NCBI GenBank assembly: GCA_964016885.1
Contig: OZ024761.1
Coordinates: 10,044,001-10,108,000 of the forward strand
Direction of reading: 5' to 3'
Origin: Eledone cirrhosa
Taxonomy: Eukaryota
DNA: 64,000 nucleotides
Numbering within the stretch: position 1 is the stretch's first letter; every line of letters starts with the position of its first letter. The notes beneath the pieces were generated by a model. It had not been told where the DNA came from. It worked only from the letters and a program-made list of their open reading frames with translations, and did no database searches. The position numbers and the translations under genes were made by a program. Positions 56,167 through 64,000 of the stretch are shown piece by piece.

Positions 56167-56323
56167 GTCATTAATGGAAAACAAGAGGAGTAGGAGTAGA
56201 AACGACAACAACAATTACAAGAGGGGGGGGATGAGGAGGGGAGATTCGATGAAACTATTGGCTTACTTTCTTTGTATCTCCTCCTCCTCCGCCGCTTATT
56301 CTTCCTTCCTCCACCTTCTTCTA

Positions 56324-56388
<65 letters not shown>

Positions 56389-57441
56389 ATATATATATGC
56401 AGAGGTTATATTTAATTTGTTATATTTGAAATACATTCCAGATAATTCCTCGCGGACTGTTTCTTGTGAGAGTGTGAGAGAGAGAGAGAGAGTCGTGTGG
56501 TGTTTGTGTCTGAGTGTGTGTGTGTACGTGTGTGTCTGAGTGCGTGTGCCTACATGTGTGTGTACGTGTGTGTCTGAGTGTGTGAGAGGGAAAAAGTCGT
56601 GGGGAGGTGTGTGTCTGAGTGTATATATATATATCAATCAGTCACTCAGTCAGTGTGTGTGTGTGTGTGGTTTATGTCAGTGAGTGAGTGTGTATGTCTG
56701 AGTCAGTGAGTGAGAGTGTTTGTGTGTGTGTGTGTGTGTGCCAGCGAGTGTATGTCAGTCAGTGAGTTATGGCGGTTATCTTTCTTTCCTTTCAATTCAA
56801 ACACATTCCTTCTAATGCCAACATCTCTCTCTGCTTTTATACATTCGGCTTATCAGATTTGACACACTTTCCGTTTTCTCTTCCATCATCTCTCTCTCTC
56901 TCTCTATCTCTATCTCTCGCTCTCTCGCTCTCTTTCCAGCAGTTCACTCATTCCCTCTCCCTCACGCTCTCTCACTCTCACTCTCTCTATCTATATATAT
57001 CATTCTCTTTACCACTTCATCTTCAATATTCTTCACAATAACTGACTGATTCTTGTAGCATTCATTTGCCGTTGCCATTATGGCTGCTGATATTGCTGCT
57101 GGTGATGTTGTATTCTTTTGCTACCTAAAAGCGTGGAACATGATATACAACAGCTTCTTCACCACCTCAACAACAACAACAAGATGAAGAAGGAAGAAGG
57201 AAAAAGAAAGCCTCTTTCTAACGCATAATGCCCAAAAATGGATGATACGATGTCAGGCAGACATTAAGACCTTTAGTTCGAGTTTGAATTCTAAGAATAC
57301 ATAGACAGTACTATGAATTCTAAGAATACATAGAATTCATACGCGTAGTCATTAAAGCATAGAACTCCTTTACTGCAAATTACAGTGATGGACTTTATGT
57401 GTGTGTATATATACATATATGCATACCATATATATATATAT

Positions 57442-57598
57442 ATAATATAGAAAGGCTTCTACAGGACTAGAACTGTTTCATTCGAATGAAACAGTTCTAG
57501 TCCTGTAGAAGACTTTCTGTATTAAATATTTATACTCTGCTTTGTATTGAGTACCTTACTTACTGTGGTTACCTCCGATTGAACCCGGGATAAACTTA
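57442..57598. mobile_element. Fold-back element (family C)
   Basis: Palindrome centred ttc|gaa at 57483/57484 (helix II); long arm on +. Confidence 0.78.
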
Positions 57599-57680
57599 TA
57601 TATATATATATATAAATTCAGCGAGAATCACATTTCGGCGAGTAGAAAAAGCGAAACGAAACGCAAAAATCAGAAATAAT

Positions 57681-57860
57681 TGTTTCTACTTTAGGCACAA
57701 GGCCAGCAATTACCCAGTGCATTACTGGTACTTTATTTTATCTACCCCGTAAGGATGAAAGGCAAAGTCAACCTCGGCAGGATTTGAACTCAGATCGTAA
57801 AGGGACGTAACTATGCTGGAAAGCATGGCGTCCGACCCTCCACCGATACTGCCAATCCAC
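57681..57860 (-). mobile_element. tRNA-derived SINE with 10-bp TSD
   Basis: cagaaataat at 57671 and 57861. Confidence 0.88.
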
Positions 57861-57974
57861 CAGAAATAATGCTGGCAAGCGTTCCATAGTTAAAAAACCA
57901 GAGCTAAACAATGTTAAAACGCCATACAAAACTGAAAAAGTGAAAGCATCAACCACCTAAGCTAAAAAGCAATA

Positions 57975-58028
<54 letters not shown>

Positions 58029-58072
58029 CAAAATTGCATATATATATATGCAATTTTTTGTTTTTTTTGTTT

Positions 58073-58383
58073 TAGTCTCATTCATTCTCAGCCCACACTC
58101 ATCGACACAGTCTCAACCTCCCGCATCAAATCCTCTGCCTCCTTCACTGTATTTTTCACCAAAACTATGTCGTTGGCAAATTCAGCAACTGATATCTTTT
58201 TCGCCTTAACTCTCCTGCTCTGAGCCGGTGCTACAGTAAAGCCAGAGTCCTGGTGTTTCTCCAGTGCAAGGTCTAATGACAGACACTGGTCTGTTGGAGA
58301 CGCAGGACATGGCAGCGATAATGAGGGACAGGGGCCGCTGGAGAGAACTCGTCCATGGATCTCGGGAATTTTACCCGCCCTAG
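58073..58383. mobile_element. RTE LINE with inverted RT segment joined to its 3' end
   Basis: Minus 58073-58280 encodes GFTVAPAQSRR..AEFANDIVL..VETVSMSVG (FADD region); plus 58278-58383 matches the 3' end at 51551-51655. Confidence 0.75.
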
Positions 58384-58401
58384 AAAAATATATGCATTAT
58401 A

Positions 58402-58582
58402 TTTTTGGCACAAGGTCAGCAATTACTCCAGTGTATTACTGGTTCTTTATTTTATAGAACCCGTAAGGATGGAAGGCAAAGCTAACCCCGGCGGGATATG
58501 AACTCAGACCGTAGAAGGCCGTAACTCTATGCTGCAAAGCATGGCGTCCAACCCTCTACTGATACTGCCAATACACCTGCCA
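58402..58582 (-). mobile_element. tRNA-derived SINE
   Basis: Family homology. Confidence 0.85.
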
Positions 58583-58707
58583 CAAATAATAATAGAACAC
58601 ACTCACTGTTTGGTTTGGATTGGTTTTCGCTTATGTATCTTTTATATCTCCATAGTTAATTTATCTGGCAATCAATGTTTATGATTGACTGACCAACGGT
58701 TAAAAAT

Positions 58708-58761
<54 letters not shown>

Positions 58762-58982
58762 ATAATAATAAATGTGAAGACTAAAATCCAAAGAGGGTTC
58801 GATAAGGATAAATATATATCAAATATATAAGAACCGTAGAGCAAATATTTATTAAAATAACAGATTAAAGTTTAAGCAAAGAATTGCTGCTTTGACCCTT
58901 AACGGGATCTTCTGAAACTAAAAAAATCAATCTGTGAACGCAGAAGTAAATATTTTGAAAAATGTTGCAACCGAAGGAAAAC

Positions 58983-59036
58983 ATAGTCTATCAAAGTTCT
59001 TTCGTCACACACCTATGACATCATCAGTGGTACTAT
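58983..59036 (-). ncRNA. Candidate minimal hammerhead
   Basis: Minus: tacca-CTGATGA-T-GTCATA-ggtg-TGTGAC-GAAA-GAACTT-tgata; helices I and III imperfect. Confidence 0.45.
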
Positions 59037-59259
59037 TGTGTTTCCCGTTGTATTGTAATGTCTACGCCATTTATATATATATATATATATTATGCATATG
59101 TACTTAGAAAGAATTTAGTTTGACATAGAAAGGTTTCTGAATGCAAACCAGATGAATCACTGATAAAGTCAAGAAATGGGTGTGATAAAGAACAGCGAAC
59201 AACGAACAAAGACTTAAGTGGCATAAAAATACTTTTTATTTCGTTTTGGTTATTCGTTC

Positions 59260-59290
<31 letters not shown>

Positions 59291-59323
59291 AATTTTATTA
59301 ATATTTTCTAGTAGTTTAGTCAT

Positions 59324-59369
59324 TCAGTTAGTTATTCCAACATGGCGGAGTTTTTTCCCCTCACTTCCG
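59324..59369 (+). promoter_or_regulatory. Promoter-like motif cluster (Inr TCAGTT, YY1 CAACATGGCGG, ETS CACTTCCG)
   Basis: Three core-promoter-associated motifs within 46 bp. Confidence 0.3.
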
Positions 59370-59829
59370 TTTAGAGTTCATTTAGGTTTAGACAAACCAG
59401 AAATGAAATTTTCTGTGCATAAATCACCAAATGAGATAAGTTCGTGGGTCAACAACTGGCGTTTCATGTAAGGGTGTTCTTTAAAAACACCAATGACTAC
59501 ACGTATGTATGTATGTATGTATGTATGTATGTATGTATGTATGTATGTATGTATGTATGTATGTATGTATGTATGTATAGACATTCCTCGAAGACAAGAG
59601 CTAGGTGCACGCGGTGCGTAAATTCTTTGAAAGATTAGTTTTAAAAACATGGACTACATATATATATACACTCTTCAAATAACTGGGCTATATATATATA
59701 TATACATACACACACACCTACATAATCTTCAAAGAACCAGGCTATATATACACACATATCCTTCAAATAACAGGGCTATATATATACACACACACACACC
59801 CTTCATAGAACAGGGGTGTATATATACAC

Positions 59830-59849
59830 ATACCCTTCAAAGTACTGGG

Positions 59850-59888
<39 letters not shown>

Positions 59889-60615
59889 CCCTTCAAAGTA
59901 CTGGGCTATATACATACATACCCTTCAAAGTACTGGGCTATATACATACATACCCTTCAAAGTACTGGGCTATATACATACATATACCCTTCAAAGTACT
60001 GGGCTATATATACATATACCCTTCAAAGTACTGGGCTATATATATACATATACCCTTCAAAGTACTGGGCTATATACATACATATACCCTTCAAAGTACT
60101 GGGCTATATATACATATACCCTTCAAAGTACAGGGCTATATACATACATATACCCTTCAAAGTACTGGGCTATATATACATATACCCTTCAAAGTACAGG
60201 GCTATATACATACATACCCTTCAAAGTACTGGGCTATATACATACATATACCCTTCAAAGTACTGGGCTATATACATACATATACCCTTCAAAGTACTGG
60301 GCTATATACATACATATACCCTTCAAAGTACTGGGCTATATACATACATATACCCTTCAAAGTACTGGGCTATATACATACATATACCCTTCAAAGTACT
60401 GGGCTATATACATACATATACCCTTCAAAGTACTGGGCTATATATACATACATACCCTTCAAAGTACTGGGCTATATACATACATATACCCTTCAAAGTA
60501 CTGGGCTATATACATACATACCCTTCAAAGTACTGGGCTATATACATACATACCCTTCAAAGTACTGGGCTATATATACATACATATACCCTTCAAAGTA
60601 CTGGGCTATATATAC
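59830..60615. repeat. ~32-36-bp minisatellite tacccttcaaagtactgggcta(ta/ca)n
   Basis: Direct inspection; diverged copies at 59665-59825. Confidence 0.95.
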
Positions 60616-60784
60616 AGAGATACTCTTTAAGTAACTATGGGCCACATATACACACATGCTCTTCAATGAACCATGGACTGCATGTATACATATACTGAAG
60701 TATTCAGACATTCTTTGTCGAAGGAAAGCGCTAGGTATACACGCAGCAGCAGTAGTAGTAGTAGTAGTAGTAGTGGTAGTAGTG

Positions 60785-60821
<37 letters not shown>

Positions 60822-60959
60822 CACTAGTAGTGGTGGTTGAAACAAGAGAATTCCCAGTTTATGTAGGATTTTTAAAAGAAATAAACAGCAACAGCAACCT
60901 ACCATGAACAGTTAAACATTTTTGACAGTTAAAACAAAATGGCAACGAAAAGAACAACA

Positions 60960-61495
60960 GCTAAATGGTACTCCATCACCACCATCATCAAAATGGTACT
61001 CCACCACCACCTACAACACCACACCAACAACAGCAAAATGGTACTCCACCACCACCATCAACAGCAATATGCTACTCCACCATCAACAGCAAAATGCTAC
61101 TCCACCGCCACCAACAACATCAAAATGGTACTCCACCATCAACATCAACAGCAGTAAAATGGTACTCCACCACCACCACCACCATCACCATCAACAACAT
61201 CACCATCAACAGCAGTAAAATGGTACTCCACCACCACCATCAACAACATCAAAAGCAGTAAAATGGTACTGCACCACCACCACCACCACCATCAACAACA
61301 TCAAAAGCAGTAAAATGGTACTCCACCACCACCACCACCACCACCATCAACAACATCAACAGCAGTAAAATGGCACTCCACCACCACCCCCACCATCACC
61401 ATCAACAGCAGTAAAATGGTACTCCACCACCACCACCATCAACAACATCAACAGCAGTAAAATGGTACTCCACCACCACCACCACCACCACCGCC
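60960..61495. repeat. Minisatellite cagcagtaaaatggtact(cca)n
   Basis: Direct inspection. Confidence 0.9.
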
Positions 61496-64000
61496 AAAAA
61501 ATATATCCCAAAGAAAAAAAAAGACTTAAAAATAAGTAAGAAAAATCTCCAGAAATTTTTCAAAAAATGGCGGATGGATAAAACCATTTCTTGTTTGTTT
61601 GTTTATTGTTCTTGTTCTTGTTTCCTTCACAATATGGCGACGGTGAAATGACTTATAAGACTAAACCGGGTTGATGAAAGACGCATGACTTTGGTGAGAG
61701 AGAGTGAGAGAGAGACAGAGTGTGTGAGAGAGAGAAGTGGTATAAAGGCTTATATAGCACAAATAACAACTGCAGCTAAAATAAGCAGATCCTCCCTCTC
61801 TCTCCCTCCCATTCAGCAGCAATGGAAGAAGGATGAGGAGAAAGAAGAAGAGTAAAATCGATACGGACAGAAATTACATCTTCAACACCGCACAAAAAGC
61901 GATTCTATCAGTAATTGAACGGCAAAGTAATGTTTAGTGCTTAGGAAAAAAATTTTTCAACTTATTTCTAGAGTGCAATCTAGATTAATAAAAGAAGAAA
62001 CGAACGTGACAAGAAGATGGTGGCAATGATGGCGAAGACGATGGCGAAGACTTAAGACAGCAGCAGCTAAAGCAATGCAAAGCTAAGCAATGCTACTTTA
62101 AAACAAACATGGTGGTTAAATGAAGCTTCTTTTTCCTTCAAAGCTTTGTCGTCGTCGTCGTTGTTGATGTTGTGGTTGTTGTTGTTGTTGTTGTTGTTGT
62201 TGTTGAGTGTGAGAATGATGACGACGGTGATGGTGGTGTTGGTGATGATGATGTTGAGTGTGAAAATGATGACGATGGTGGTGGTGAGGTTGATCGTGAT
62301 GATGATGATGGTGGTGGTGGTGATGGTGGTGGTAATGAGGATGATGGTGGCGGTGGTGGTGGTACTGGTGTGGACGATGGTCGTGAAGATGATGACGACA
62401 ATGATGATGATGGTGACGGTGGTGGTGGTGCTGATGTGGAACATGATGGTGGTGGTGGTGGTGATAAGGAGGATGATCGTGATGATGAAGGTGATGGCAA
62501 TGATGATGATTGTGATGATGAAAACGGTAGGTGGTGGTGCTGAAGATGAGGATAAAGATGAAAGACGTAATGATGGCGATGGTGGTGATGAAGATGATAA
62601 AGAAGAAGAAGAATTGTTGAGAAAATGATGAAAGAAGAAGAAGAAGGAGAAGAAGAAGAAGGATATAAATGTGACAAAGAAAAAAGGCGAAGAAATGTCG
62701 CAATTACAGAATAAAATTAAAAAAATTAAAAACAACGAAAAACTTGATTGACTAATGTGACCTTTTATTTGACAAATGACCTTATTTTCTCAAATTTGGT
62801 GTTGTGTCATCACTTTTGGTGCTACACGTCATCAAATTGGATTCTTTTATTTTATTTTTTTTGACAACGGATATTCATTAAACACCACAGGGCATTAAAT
62901 GGTATCCTACCCCGACACCGCCATCATCGTTGTTAAGTTAACATAACATTAATACAAGCATTAATAAATACCACGGCTACCACCACCATTACAACCATCA
63001 ACATTATCATCACCACCATCACCTCCAATACTATCATCACCACCACTACCACCAACCATCAACACCACCAATACTATCACCACCACCATTACAACCACCA
63101 ATACTATCACCACCATTACAACCATCAACACCACCAATACTATCACCACCACCACCACCACCATTACAACCATCAACACCACCAATACTATCACCACCAC
63201 CATTACAACCACCAATACCATCATCACCACCAACACAAGTGCCACTTCAACCAATACAACCACCAATACTATCACCACCACTACATCACCTCTCTATGTC
63301 CATGACAAACAAGACCACTACATCACTACCACCAACACCACTACATTAGCACCAAAAACACCAGTATACCATCACCACCAACAACACCACTCTATGTTCA
63401 TGACAAACAACACCACACCACCACCACACCACCACCACCACACCTCCACACCACCACCACCACCACCACCACCACCACCCACACCACTCCATGACAATCA
63501 ACAATTCTATTGTTCCAAACTCCAAAATGAAACGAAGCAATCATTTCATCTAGCTTCCTTTTATAGAGTTATGGTTACTCTCTCTCACTCTCACTCTCAC
63601 TCACTTTTCCTCCCACTCTCACTCGCTCTTCCCTCTACTCTCACTCGCTCCTCTTCCCACTCTCACTCGCTCTTCCTCTCACTCGCTCTTCCTCTCACTC
63701 TCTCTTCCTCCCACTCTTACTCTCCCTCTTCTCTCACTCTTACTCTCCCTCTTCTCTCACTCGCTCTTCCTCCCACTCTTACTCGCTCTTCCTCTCACAC
63801 TCTCACTCGCTCTTCTTCTCACATTCTCACTCTCTCTTCCTCTCTCATTCTCACTCTCTTCCTCTCACTCTCTTCCTCACACTCTCTCTTCCTCACTCTC
63901 TCACTCACATTTCCTCACTCACCCTTCCGACTCTCACCCTTCCCACTCTCACCCTTCCCACTCTCACTCTTCTCTCACTCTCTCTTCTCTCACTCCCTCT

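Noticed and set aside
58880-58918. Minus cagaaga-tcccgttaagggtc-aaag, HHR-like
   Set aside because: Several core mismatches; cannot be supported without paralogs.

Overview
Repeat-saturated, AT-rich eukaryotic non-coding DNA. The SINE sequences point to an octopod cephalopod; this is inferred from my recollection of octopus repeats, not from a search. No intact protein-coding gene is supportable. Most supplied ORFs are microsatellite read-through, and the rest are decayed non-LTR retrotransposon fragments (RTE, Tx1/L1-like, CR1-like, CRE-like). The window also holds many tRNA-derived SINEs, Tc1/pogo and hAT MITEs, and several mini- and satellite arrays. The most striking hidden signal is a dense set of about 15 hammerhead-ribozyme (HHR) motifs from at least 6 sequence families. 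They sit in short Penelope-like, often fold-back, elements embedded in (TA)n. Six intact + strand minimal HHRs share an AUA cleavage triplet, a palindromic TATRTATA helix III and a conserved helix-II mismatch, with covarying flanking pairs. The fold-back junctions map onto helix II or the catalytic core. Other candidates are an HDV-like fold in an RTE 5' UTR, a pre-miRNA-like hairpin, a 3.5-kb AGTTCA-NN satellite and a possible minus-strand 5' exon.
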